Positions 25,101 to 38,674 of a DNA stretch of 62,782 nt are shown here, piece by piece. The stretch lies in NCBI RefSeq assembly GCF_000181795.1, contig NW_003526945.1:3398305-3461086 (forward strand), given 5' to 3'. Both the position numbers and the translations under genes were made by a program. Each line of letters begins with the position of its first letter. The first letter of the stretch is position 1. This DNA is from Trichinella spiralis. Its lineage: Eukaryota. The notes beneath the pieces were generated by a model. It did no database searches. It had not been told where the DNA came from and saw nothing but the letters and a program-made list of their open reading frames with translations.

Positions 25101-28100
25101 GTACAGTAATTATTTAATTGAAATTATATTAACGAGCTCATCTGAAAAGCATGCGCTGTGGACAACTTGATCCGAACCGAACAATGTGTTGTTGAGCAAA
25201 AAAAAATATATACGATAATAATAATTATTATTATCTTCCACAAAACAACGACAATTATACTCTTATCAATCAAGTAGTGCTTTACAAATTTCGCTTGATA
25301 AAATATCCCGAATAAATTAATAATATTTGAAATTCATTTTTTTTACTTCAAATGCAACATATATTTTCGATTCTTTTGTTGCCGCTTGTTGTTATTTTTT
25401 TTCTCTCTTATTCTTCTCTCTCCACTCGACGCCGTTGCCATGGCAATTCAATTTGCACCACTTTGGACTGTTAAATATTCACAGGCGAATTGCATAATTC
25501 TTTTTTCTTTGTTTCTTTTTTTTCAAATGCAAAAATAATTTTAAAATGAAATCCTCCTACTTATTTATTTATTGTTTGATGTGATTTATGATAATTGATT
25601 TCAATATTGTATTGAGTTGTAAAAATTATCGAATAATTGACCAAAATGAATGAGATAATTCGAGACAAAAATAATAATTTATTTGCTCTTGTATAACTTG
25701 ATAAATAATTTCGAAAAAAAATAATAATAAGATAGACATCAATAGATAAGATGAATGAGAATCTTGTACAATTTTAATTGAATCAAATGAGCGTACTTGT
25801 GTGGTGAAATTGAATTTTTCAATTGTTATTCGAACAATATGCGACACACACACACTTACACGATGTGTTCGGATGGGCATCGTTGAACAGAGTCGAAACC
25901 AATGATTGGGGAAAATTGTTATTAAAAATCGCCACAACGGTGTAATTTTCATTATTCTAATTTCAATAGTGTTGAAATTGATAAAGCTCACTTTCAGTCG
26001 ACAAATAACATCAGGTAAATGAATAAAATAATTCTGACCGCATCCGCTTGATCCGTTGGATATTTGAAAAATAGTTGACAATTTAATATCTTTTCTGCTG
26101 CTGGGCTTTCGAGTAGTGTAATTTCAATTTTACCAATCAACCAAGCATTCAGTCATAGCGTTTATTGAAATGTAACCTCAGGCAACGTGAACTATATATA
26201 TACATATATTTATTTATTTATATATATACTTTGATTATGATGATGATGATTATTATTATTACTATTATTACTATTATGGGCTCGTTTGCAAACCAACCAC
26301 CATTTTCACAATAAACAACATTCAAGCATTAAGTGTTCTCACTATTATACACTCATAAATTAGTTGTTTGAATCGATTACATTCAACTGGGATCAATAAT
26401 GATTGATATTCACCACATTTGAACTTTTCATCATACCTTTACAAATTGTCCCGTTGCGTCGGTGATCATTGAACTACAATTTGCAAAACTGCGCTGGGAA
26501 TTGTTTCAGCACGTGCAGAAGCATGATAATATTTATTTTTTTATTTATTAATAAAATAATATTTCCACCATTTTTATTTTCAAATTATCCCAAAAAGTAC
26601 CGCTGCTTCTCTTCCACAACTACACCGGTTGATCAATTATTCATACTAATCGTTTTGATTGTGTGTGTGTGTGTGTTCTACTGAATTGCTCATCACAGAA
26701 CCAAAAAAAGAATAAACAAAACAAATTTACATAAAATAAATAAACAACATATTTTTCATATTGCATATGAAATTTTTTTAAAAATTTTTCTAAAATAATC
26801 GCAGAGGATGAATGTTGATCCACCTCTGACACCGTGAACATCAAACATCAAACGATCAGATATATAGACTTTTAGCAGTTGCGGGACGGTTGATTGTTCT
26901 TTTTTGCAAAGTGCAATTTGGTCAAATTATCTCTGCTCGTTTCACTTCATACATCAAGCCAAGAGGGGAATTTATCAGCTGATTGAAAAGTTAATTGAAA
27001 TTTGCCCATTCATAATTCATTCTTCTCAATTGCATCATCAACTTTTCACTCCGACTGCCGTGTAATTTTATTTATTTTTATCTTGTTGTTTTTTGTGAAA
27101 ATTTCATGCAAATGTATTATTATATTTTTTTTCTTAGTTGTTCAGAATATTTATATTGTGAAAATTTTCAAATTACCATTGAAAGCTGTTGAAAAGCAGA
27201 AAATAATAATAATAACCATTTCCGGATTGTTCAATTTTCCAACTATCTATACATGTATATGTATATGTATGTAATCGTTTGAATTTTAGCTATTAATTAT
27301 GTTATATTAATAAGTTTGCGCTTGATCGAGTGGAAAAACTTTTGCTTTAGATTTCAATTTCACGCAACACCGACTTGTTAGCCATTTTTATGCCAACAAC
27401 CAGCTAACCAATCAGCGCATTCGGTTCCACCGGTGCAACTATTTCCACGATGAAATAAAAAATTTCTTCATTCATTTCTTTTTATGATAATTTTTTTTCT
27501 TCAATTGATATTTCCCCCCCCCCTTCAATTTCCAATTTTGCCAACAACAATTAATTTGAATGCAAAATTTCCAACTCGTCAAATATTCTATTGTTCTTAT
27601 TCTAATTTTAATTTTAATTGTAATTGTAATTGCTACCATTTGGTGAGACTGTGAGGAAAAATCTGATCTTAATTTTATTAATCAAATCATCAATAGCATT
27701 GCTCATGCATTGCGTGTAAATACGCTCGTAGTGGAAGGCATATTTCAACTTGGACAGCTTTCAAATGTTCCCTTGTTAATTATTTAAACGCCGCACGATG
27801 CTCATTTATTGCAAAATTTAATTGCATTTGTAATGAACCCAACAATCTAGCCGCTAGGTGGGCGCTGCCGTTTCATCATCATCAGCAGTTTGCCAGTTGT
27901 TGAACTGTTTTCGACCAATTTTCTAATTATACTTTTCATTTCAACTCGTCCTCTTCAATCTATTTTTCACTACTTAATTTCTGTCTAATAACAAAATTAT
28001 GCCACTATATTCTTCTCCAAAAAAAGCGCACGCACGATAATTATACACAATTGGTCAGAAAAGCAACAAACACCTGCATATATATATATACATATATACA

Positions 28101-29359
28101 TATATAAGCTTAGCTAATTATGAGCTATAATTTATTTCACAAGCTGTTTTTTTTTCTTGAAATATTACACTTTTCCAAATACAACACACGGCAATTAATT
28201 TACTTTCGACCGAAATTGCTATTGTTCAATTGCTTTCTCTTATTTCCTTGTTTTCATTTGCAAAGCAATGAAAGAAGCAAATTTTGCACAATGCAAACAA
28301 CAAATGCCAATTATTAATTAATAACACGAAATACTTTTGGTGCTATACAATACAAATGAAAATACAGTCAGCCCTCAACCATCGCGGTATTTGCGAACAG
28401 CGAAAATACTTGCCACTTCTATTCATACAGCCCGTCTATGCTTTGTAAGCCTATGCAATCGTCTGAAAATTGCATGGGATAATATCACGGGCCGTCTACT
28501 GATTTGCACGTTAAATATTTATCCCGTATTTATTTTTTTTGTATTCATTTCGTTGACTGTTGATTGAGTCAAAATCATCGGTATGTTCTTGCATTCAAAT
28601 TTTGCGTTATTTTCACGCAGTGTTCGACTGTCGTGCTAGCATGAAAACGGCCGCCATTCTGCACTTGAAAGTCCATGCATGTTTGGACCAGTTGACCATT
28701 CTGGATCAAGCGTCTGGAATCGCGGGGCCGGTGCTGTTGTGAGCCAACCTTCCGTTTGCAACGCCTTCTTTCTGTTCACCTTAATGTTTTTATCTTTTTC
28801 ATCTTAGCATTGGAAACGGTTAGTTAGCCTCTCAGTTTGGTTGAGTTGAGTTATCAGTGCTGTTATGGTGTGGAATCAGACAAGCAAAAACAACCTTGCA
28901 CTGAAGCTGCAAATCCACAGCATACATGCACACTAGGGTCTAAAAGTAGGATTCATCTTTTTTCTTTGACAGTTTTGAAATCCGCGAATGTTGAGGGCCA
29001 ACTGTACAATAAGTTAAATATGCTTTTGATTTTTAACAAATTCAAATTAAAAAAAAATTATTATTATTATTATTACTATTATATATTTCATCAAAATTGC
29101 ACGCCACGGTAAATGTGAACCAGTTGTACCTTTTCATTAGCCAGTTATTATTTATTATTCAGTTATACGGTTCAAGTGTTTTTTTAATGAATAATTTTTC
29201 AAAAATAAGATTGCCGTGTGCGCGTGTGTGCGGATTGTGAATGAAGCGTATCACAAAAAAAATAATAATCAAAATTACAATGGAAAATAATCTTGTTTTT
29301 CAATATTTTTTTCAAAATTATAATTTGAAAATAAAACTAGGAAATTCTGCTCTTTGTTG

Positions 29360-30168
29360 TTTTTTGTTTCCAATCAGAGGTGGGAAAGTGGCCCTGCCTG
29401 CTTGCCTGCCGTTTGACGCCGGCGAGTTGTGAAAATTCAAAATACCCAATTATATCAAGAGCCACCGTATGAAAGGGCTTGAAAATTGAGGCAATTGACG
29501 ACTCTTTTGTACTGTTTCGCGAATACCAACGCGGCGGCACTGTTGGAAGCCGGCGCCATTTTGGCTTCCCACATTTGTCGCGGGTCAGTCGCCTTACGCG
29601 AAACCAATTAGCCAAGATGAGCGGACTTTTCGGCTCTGCTTGTCACGCTGTATCATATTACCGTGTTGGACCGCTTCCGGCTCAGCCGGTCGAAAATGGG
29701 CAGGAGGGGCAGGCAAGGTTGGAAATGGGCTCACAGGAGCAGTGAAAACTGGGGTGAAACTAATTTCATCTTCATTAAATGGACTGATACATTTTTCGGC
29801 CCTATTCATTTCCGCCACCGTGATTCTTTGTTGAATGAATAACACGCTTATAACCTCTTTATCCTATAATTGAGCGGTAAGCGGAGATGTGCAGGGGTCG
29901 TTGGTCAGCGTTCGTAGTTAAGTTTCAACGAAAAAATATTGCCATTGTTCAATTAATACCAGCGCGCCTCGGCGATCGACGATTCGTCGATCGACGGTCC
30001 GCCTCTGAAATCTGATTGGCTCGCAAGATTCTGGTCGAGCGATAGCGACGCGTCAACCGGCCGAGCGCTAATCCATTGCATGTTCAATTAACGTCCGGTC
30101 GCGCGCTAAATTGTGGTGCAGCTTGTATGGTAAATTTTGTCGCTCATTTACGACACATTTTACAGTCG
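29360..30168 (+). promoter_or_regulatory. GC/CpG-rich putative promoter region of the homeobox gene
   Basis: Marked GC and CpG rise against an AT-rich background directly upstream of ATG 30169; CCAAT boxes (CCAATCAGAG ~29370, CTGATTGGCT ~30012); unpaired TTTTACAG acceptor 3 nt before the ATG (possible trans-splice site). Confidence 0.45.
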
Positions 30169-33100
30169 ATGGGCGAAGCGGCGAAACCGTCCACTGCAGA
30201 ATTCTGCGCTATTCAAATGTCCAACACCGGACCTTCGGCTGACGACGACCAAGATCCCACATTGGGAAAAATCCAAGAACAACTTGCGATTAGAACGCCG
30301 ACATCCGGCGGTGGTTCCATTTCCAAATTCAGCATGGCCAGCATTCTGGCCGACTGTGAATGCGAGCCAGAAGAGGAAGTGGAGGAACCGATGCAGGCGG
30401 ACAGCGGGCTTGTTCCAGAACCAGTGGAACAGGCGAACAATTATTCGGAAACGAGCGACTGTGAAAATGGAACCGATTTGGCCGAAGAATCGCAAACGCC
30501 GCCCAATTCTGATTCTTGCTTTTACACGGACATTTCACCGAATTCATCGACCGACGAAGCACGTTTTGCAGTGGTCAAACTTGAAGGTAATTTCGATCGG
30601 TTGAAATTTGGAAAAAGTCATAAAAAAAGATATTAATCTCATTTTTCTGTTCATGTTTGTGCATTGTCGTAGATGAATCTGGAGATGGTGACGATAAGCC
30701 GAGAAAAATTCGACGTTCCAGAACCACTTTTACAACGTACCAATTGCACCAGTTGGAAAGAGCGTTCGAAAAGAGCCAATATCCGGACGTGTTTACTAGG
30801 GAACAGCTCGCGTTGCGACTCGACCTCAGCGAAGCTCGTGTTCAGGTAAAAATTTTCCTCTCTCCCTCCTCCTCCCCATTTTATTTACAATAATTGATAC
30901 GCTTCTTTTCTTATTTTATCTTCTGCCCAACAAAATGGTCCCACTTTTGCTTTAGTTTTTTTCAAGGATTCGATACCATGGATTGCATGTAAATAATTTA
31001 AACAGATCAAATTAAGCAGTTATTATCAATTGCATTGATAAGATAATCGCAATTACGGGCTAGTTGGTGTTTGTTAAATGGAAAATAACTGTTTTCATTT
31101 GCAAAGCGTCCTTCAGTGATGATTAGTCATTTAGAAAAAAAAAATTAATATTGACATTAAAGAAAATGGATTTTCACCAGGCAAGGTTGCTTGTGTAAAA
31201 AGAGCGTTTATCAATCAAATGAAATCAGTCGACAAAATTTAATTGATTCCACAAGCAAATGAAATGAGCAATAATACGGCAAGCAATAATCGACGCTTAA
31301 TAGGGCAATTTTCTGTGATTAATTCCGCCGGTTCCCATAGTGGCGTTTCCGACGCCGTTTGCCGTTGCCTGAGAAAGCTCGTTGGAGCCCTCACGGACGA
31401 CAATGAAACCCACCCAACAGTGAGCTTGACGCTTCGAGGGTGTGTCTTGGGCAACGGCAAACGATATCTTTCGTCCGAGTGGCTTGATTTTGTTCATCGG
31501 CGCTGATAATTAGCGAAATATGTGCACCAATTTTGCGTACGAATCCGTCCACTGCCGGCAACAGTATTGCTCGGCAAAATTGCCACTGTCAGCGATTTTA
31601 ATTAAAACAGCCCGAAAGGAGTAGAAGAGCGAACGCGAAAAGAGACGAACAGCAGCTGCTGTTGCTGCTGCTGTTACGCTAGTGTTGGTCACAATGCAAA
31701 CCTTACATACATACATACATACATATATATATATATCACCGAACGTCTTATATCGTTCTAATAATGTCAGACAGTGTCCTGAAATTAGCGGTCAAAAAAT
31801 CGATCCAACAACTGAAATAGCCCCAAGCTAGAAAGATAAGGAAAGGACAAATCTTTTTCCTTATCAATTACCTCTTGCTCTTTGTACAAGCGTTTGCTTG
31901 TTTACTCCCAGCAGCCATTTTGGCAAACTTGCAATGCTGCTGCTTGCTGGCTTGTATTTGCAAACACGGAAGATAAAAGCAATTACTTTTCTTTGCTTGC
32001 TCTTTTCTCTTTTAGTTATTTGAAAATTATTCATTCATATTTGCAAATTTTCCAAATTCAACTTCATTTCCTTTTAATCACGATGCAATTTACACTGATG
32101 ACTCAGACGTACGTGGGGTAACAGTTGACTTGCGTGACTCATCATCCACTGTCACATTTGCATATGGTGTGCGTTTGTTCCATTCTATTGCTCAGTTGGT
32201 GATAGGAATAGTTCCGCGTGGGAAGAGGGGAAACAAAGAAAAAATGTATAAAATGCTGCTTATGTGCATTGTATGTTTTACTAGCATTTCCTGTATGAGA
32301 TGAAAAAAGGACAATTTTTACTTTGCTTTGCTTTGAAATGTGTCTCTGTTTGTTTTCACTGCGAACTGTTGTTGCTAATAGTCGTGCTTCTGGAATGTGT
32401 GAAGAGAATTCATTGCCTGAAATTGACATTGAAATAATTGATGTATAAAAATGGTTTTTAGTCTTAATTTGTTGTTCACTTTATTAGGCTTAATGAATTT
32501 TAAAATAATAGAACGTCTATTTTCAGTTGAAAAATCAATAACAACAACAATAATAATGATGATGATGATGATGATGATGTAATTCAAAGGATACAATTTA
32601 TTTCGATTTGGCTGTTCATTAAAATGGTTGATAGATAAATAATTGTTAACTGATGAAATTTGTAAATTTCAGTTCAGTTTTAGCAATTTACTCTTTATTA
32701 CTTTCACCGCCAGCAGTAGCAGAGAAGCAAGCAACGATAACAATTTTATTTGTTCTCTATTCACTTGGGAAACGTGGGATTTTTTCTTTCTTATTGACAA
32801 ACAAAATCTTCCTTTAAACTTTTATTGTTCTGCTTTTTCAACTGTTTCAGTTACTTGATCACAGTCACAATGTTGCATTACAAATTTAAAACTCTTTCCA
32901 AGCATACTTTTATTCCTTTATAAATTATAACGGATCAACAATGAAATTTCAATTTGTAAAAAAAAGTGGCGTTTCTCGAGAAGAAATTTAGTTTTATTCA
33001 AAAATTGCTCCAAGGGAAACTGAATGATGGACAACGCATTTGATTGATGATGATGATTTACTTGCTTGCTTGAAGCTTGACTTCTTTTCTTTTGTTCTGT

Positions 33101-34242
33101 TTTTTTTATCTTCTGTCGCACATTTCTTCACCAGTTGGCTGAAGCTTACCAACTGGTTGGAATGTGAAGCATGCTTTTTATTAATTTGATCACCAGCGGC
33201 ATCAAAAGTCCACTTATAATAAACTTATAAACTGCAAAGAGGAAGTTTCCAGTTGTTCCAATATGAGCAGATTCAATTCAATTATTTTTTATGTCGCATG
33301 TGTTGTAAAAACATTTTCAACTGTGATCTCTTGTTATTTGAATTTTTGCTTCTTTTTGCTTATAGTTTTTTCTTTTAATTATTTAAAATTCTACAACATC
33401 TTAAGGTGTGGTTCCAAAATCGTCGAGCCAAATGGCGCAAGCGTGAAAAAGCTCTCGGTCACGAAGCCGGCTACGCTCAGCCCAGTGCGGACACTGGGCA
33501 CGCTATTTATTCTCAACATCCGGTAGCAGTTGCTTTTCGACAAGACGGTCAACTCGGGCTGACTACTCCATTTTCACCTCTGAGCGTTCGACCTCCTGCC
33601 GTACCTCCTCCTACTTCGGCCATTGGTGTCCCAGCGGACAGTATCTGGTCTTCCACATTGGCGGCAGCTCAAGTGGTCAATTTACAATCGCTGATGTATT
33701 TCAACCAGGCAACATTGGCATCCATCAACGCGGCAAATTTCCAAGCCGCCAATCCAGATTGGCAGCTAAAAAGCAACTTTCTCTACCCCACTACCGCCAC
33801 GCCTCAAATGACTGGTGTCAATTTACCGGTATCTTCTGCATTGGGCCAAGGTAGACTTGCGGCGACGGACAATCGTTCGAGCTTGCCTTCCGTTTTCAAC
33901 AATGGGAATAACTTTTTATTTTTGCCATCCAATCCGCAATTTTTGGGCAACGGTCAGATGACCATCGGCGGCGTTTCCAACGCACAGCCGATAATGAGTC
34001 ACAGTATCATCAGCAACACCAGCAACGGCAACGGACTTGCAAGTCTGATTGGACTGGAGCCGATCATTTTGCGCAACAGCGCCGAAACACCGACTACAAT
34101 GCACCAGTTCATGGATCAAGATCCGAGACAGGTTTTCACCATCAGACCATCCCCGTCAGTGGTTGAAAGCCCATGCGCAGCGGAACCGGCGGTTCAACAG
34201 GCGGACAAAGCTTCCACCGATGCCGCACTGTGCACAGTATGA
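30169..34242 (+). CDS. hbn: PRD-class Q50 homeobox protein, Homeobrain-like (~475 aa, 3 exons)
   Basis: Exons 30169-30586, 30673-30845, 33406-34242 in frame. Octapeptide/eh1 FSMASIL. Homeodomain [61 protein letters not shown] with the typical PRD intron before VWFQN. RRS, LHQL, xQYPDVF and LDLSEA match Hbn rather than Arx (RRY, LEEL, LTEA) or Rx (RRN, HYPDVYS, LPEV). Confidence 0.85.
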
Positions 34243-34505
34243 AGTGTGCGGAGAATTCAACGTCCACATTTTTTCCTTCTTCTCTTCTGTGTTCACATTT
34301 CATCTTCTATTCGCAAAATGAAATCAAATTATTACCGATACAATTATTATTACTGTTTTTTTTATTCTTTTTGCTAGCTTGCTTGCTTCTCTTCCTTCAA
34401 AAATACATATATATATATATATATATGTATACTCTGTATTTTTTGGCTTTGTCAATTTTTTACAATATCATATTTTACAGTATATATGCAAGTGAATATT
34501 TTCAT

Positions 34506-34540
<35 letters not shown>

Positions 34541-35773
34541 TTCCATACTATATTATACATTTATTAGTGATCAGTGATTTGCCATTTTTCGGCACTGGTT
34601 TGTTTGATGATGAATTTACTCTCCTCGCTTTGCTGCAAAAAGAAAGAAATAAAACTTTATTATTATTTAAGAAAAAAAAATTTCTTTTTCTTTTTCTGTT
34701 CCACTAGCAAAGGCAATTAAGCCGATGGAAATGTTTTTTGCTCGATGATGCATCCAAGGAGCAGTTGTTGCTGTTGAAAATTTTGAAGAAAGCAGCATTG
34801 CCTCTGGTGGTTGTATCTTTTCTTTTTCACCATCTGTATTGATGGTTGCTATTCATTTTCATAATCCAAAATGAACTGTGACTTTTTTGTTAGCGCTAAT
34901 TCGGCAATGCAATGAATGATTAATCCATCTTTTCTTCTTTCCACAGTCCATTCATATGTTCTCTCCTAAATCCATCATTCCTAATTTCATTTTCCTACAA
35001 ATGCCACTATTACTACTACTACTAATAATGATAATGATAATAATAATAATATAATTGTTTTTCTTTTCTTTGAACTTTTACAATAAAAAAGTGTATTAAA
35101 GCATAATAATTAAACATGCACGGATAAAATGTGACAATTAATGATAATAACAATTTCACAACAACACATTGTTCAATCGATTTCCACATGCCATTATTGT
35201 TGTCAATTAGATATTGTTGAGATATAATTAGCAGAGGCGTTGAGTTGTACTTTTGAAACGTTTCTCGCCTTATTATTATTTTGTTCTTCTTCCAATTTCA
35301 AGCTTATCATTTTTTATCTTCTACAATAGGTCAAAAAGAGACAAGTTCCTATTCTGTGCTGTGCCTACACAAGCAGAACTGACAGGATTTAATAAAGTGG
35401 GGATGATTGAGTGAAGTGATTGATATTAGATGAAAGTCGGTCAGCCCTGTTGTCCACAGTGCAAGGATATGATTACCGATGGTAGGTGGTAATCGACGGC
35501 CATTGTGCTTCAAAATTGAACCGTTTTCCAGTGACAGCTCTTGTCCACCATTGATCCACTTAATTACTGGCCGACATCTGACCTCGACCAGCGGACAACG
35601 GGATTAAAGGCAGCAGGACGAGCTTAATCAATCGTACAAGAAACTGCCAAACGACACTGATCACGGACGGCTTGGTTATTGTCCCCGGCGGCCCATTATC
35701 TCTTTTGCTAAATATAATTGCAATGACGGCAAGAAACAAAAAGAACGTCCACCGAGCAAAATACACACAAATG

Positions 35774-35805
<32 letters not shown>

Positions 35806-38252
35806 TATGCATACTAAATAAGCATTTCGGTATAAATTATCTTGTATAATGATAACAATTTGACGTGAACCATTTATCAAATTCAGTTTTCAATTGATGC
35901 ATAAGATGTATGAGATTTGATAAGTGGAAAACGTTTGCATAATTTGAAAAAGACGAATACTTCTCATATTGATGATAATTTTCAATTGATGAAAAGAATT
36001 AATATTGATTGGAAATGATAACAGAAATAATTACATGCTGTATATCATTCATTCATTCGTTTGATTTGTTGGATGATAAAAGTTGAAATGTTTTGTGCAC
36101 AGTGAATGGCAAAATTGCGCGTTTATCAACTTCTTTTATCAATCGAAAACGTTTAAGCTTTTCAAAAATTTAATAAATTTTAAAATTGTAAACAAGTTCA
36201 AATGAAAAAACAAAAATTGTATGAATTTCTCATTTGTTCTCTTGTTCAAACTATACTTGACAGAGATAAAGTTCCATTAACATGGGAATCGTTGTTGCCT
36301 CAGCTTGTTCTTCTTTTTTTCTTTATTTTCGCGTGAAATGCTGCTTGTGTTGAAATAAAACGTAAAGATATATATTAAAAAAACACTTTGAAAAATTTAT
36401 AGCCAGAATCAAAGTTCTAGATCAGAGAGGCGAGGGACAATTGCCGTTGCTGAACCACCTATCTGCTGCGGATGTGCTTTGTTTCTTTCTTTCTATCTCT
36501 CACTCAACTTTCTTCTGGCTCTCTTCTGATGACATTCACCGCTGAAACTGATGCAAAATTATCATCATTACAGCAAAATAAGATTGTGGTCTTGTTTTTT
36601 GCATATGTTGGGAAAAGCAGAACGGCAGCAATTGATGCTCAAATTTGATGAAGCCTTGAAGTCTTTATTCTTCCTTCCGCTGATCTATACAATTATTACA
36701 ATTTCAAATGTGATGTGTGTGTGTGTGATTGATTGAATTTGCACTTTTCAGATTCGTCTTGATTTTTGTATAATATTTCCAATCATTATCAATTAATAAT
36801 TTTAACTTGACGCGCTTACTGTAACAACAAATTTTCACAAAAATGAACCAGGGGGAGAATTTCATTTGTAACAATGATTAAAAGCTCCTTATTCAACGTG
36901 TTTTTGCATTCTCGTTCACAACAGAAATACAATACAAATTTTCACATTCAAGTTGTTTCTTATTATTTTATTTTTTTTCTCCTTCACGTTGCAAGTTTCA
37001 AGAAATTTAACAATGCCGAGGGGCAATTTTTCAAGGGGAAAACTTCAAAATTAACTTTCATTTCTTTTTTTAAATAATAATAAGCAAAAATCAATTTTCA
37101 TATTTTATTTATTATAAAAATTTATGCAAATTAATAATATTATACATTTTTTTCATTTTTGCAAAATTTCATAAATTTTTTATTGACAAACAAGCATAAG
37201 AGAAGAAGAGGAAATAAATGAAAATGCAAAAGTGATTTCATTAAACTGCATATTCATTTTTATTTTTATTTTTACAAATTTACTTTGTTTAATATCACGT
37301 GAAGCAGGCAAGCATTTGAAATTTTTAATTGATGTTTACTGCATCGGAGCGTGAGCGGCAACTGTGCGGTAGGGTTTATTTTTGACATCAGAAAATGCAA
37401 TGATTGATAATTTCATTGTTCTGCTGATCGAAATGATTTTGATTTTCTTCTATCTCTCCTCTCTCTCATACACACACACACACACATACACACTTTTTTT
37501 GCTTTTTAATTTTATTTTTCTTCAACGCTGAATTGACGCTATTGATGCATCAAAATTGTTTCACTTGAACAGCCTCTGTTTGTGCGCATTCTATTCAGCG
37601 CAAATGATAAATTTATTTCTTATCTTTCCCATTCAACATTGTATAGTTCCACTGATAATGCAAAAATGACGACACCACAACCAGCAGGCAAGAATTGTGC
37701 ATAGCCTGTAGTGACCAATGGACGACAAATGCTTGTATAGAAAATTGTCCCGAGTGGTATTTGAAGAAGCTTTGAAAAGGCATTTCAGCTTATTGGGCTA
37801 CTTTTCCAATTTATACATACATGCATATATATATATATATATATATATTATTGAAATGCTTTTCAAAAACGATTCTTTTCACAGATTTCACTTTCAACTA
37901 TTTTCCATCTTGACCTTAAGTGTCGACTGCTATTACTTTTACAAATACTTCACTATTACCGATCAATTTTTTCACATTCAATATTAATTTCAAATACAAA
38001 CAAACACACATATTAATTAACTACAACATACAATCTTGATATATTTACTTTGCTCTAACGTATGCAAATTTTTTTGACTGTTATCAAAATTTATCAACAT
38101 TTCATAATTTATTATCATGATACGAAGCAATGCTTCAACAAAGGAAAAATTGAAATACATATAACAGGTAAATATTTCTTTCTTTTGTTGGTTTTTGCAC
38201 TTTCAATAAATTGAAAAGAAAAAGCATTCTACTTTTTTTTTAATTAAACATA

Positions 38253-38674
38253 TTATATTCTTCCTTCTCTTCTCAGAATCAAATCACCAAAATCCAACTT
38301 GATGCCTCTTTCTGCGTTGAAAAATGGGCCAATTCCACCGCTTCTAGAAAATCCAACTTCACCCGTCCTTGGATTGAATGAACCGCCAAAATTTTGGCCC
38401 CCGTCAACCAAACCTCTCATTATGGACCAGTTGTTGCCGAATCCACCTCGGTAAGTTCCCTGCGAATCAACTTCACCGTTGAATCCTCTTTGCTGACCGA
38501 ACATGCCCAAAATATTGGAACCACCGTTGACACCGAATCCTCGATTACCGGGCTGGTTGTTGAATCCGGCTTGGAAGCCACTTCCAATGGATGGATTTTG
38601 AAATAAATTTTTCAATTTTGGAAAATTGGATAAAAACGGCAAACTCACACCGTTGGATGTTCCAAAATTGAATC
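38253..38674 (-). CDS. Glycine/Phe/Asn-rich orphan protein, last exon (5' exon uncertain)
   Basis: Open frame from an ATTTAG acceptor (~38675): GFNFGTSNGVSLPF...GFQAGFNNQPGNRGFGVNGG...GGFGNNW...GGSFNPRTGEVGFSRSGGIGPFF. Strongly coding-like composition compared with its flanks. Confidence 0.6.

Noticed and set aside
19683..29112. Many 60-150 aa F/I/L/K-rich ORFs in the gene desert
   Set aside because: Composition reflects AT-rich and microsatellite DNA; no motifs or consistent splice structure.
16600..30100. Multiple ATGCAAAT octamer (POU) and TAAT/ATTA homeodomain sites upstream of hbn
   Set aside because: The same words occur throughout the window, including housekeeping regions, so no specific enrichment can be claimed by eye in AT-rich DNA.
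30673..33450. Calling the homeobox aristaless/ARX or Rx
   Set aside because: Diagnostic residues (RRS, LHQL, QYPDVF, LDLSEA) fit Homeobrain better.
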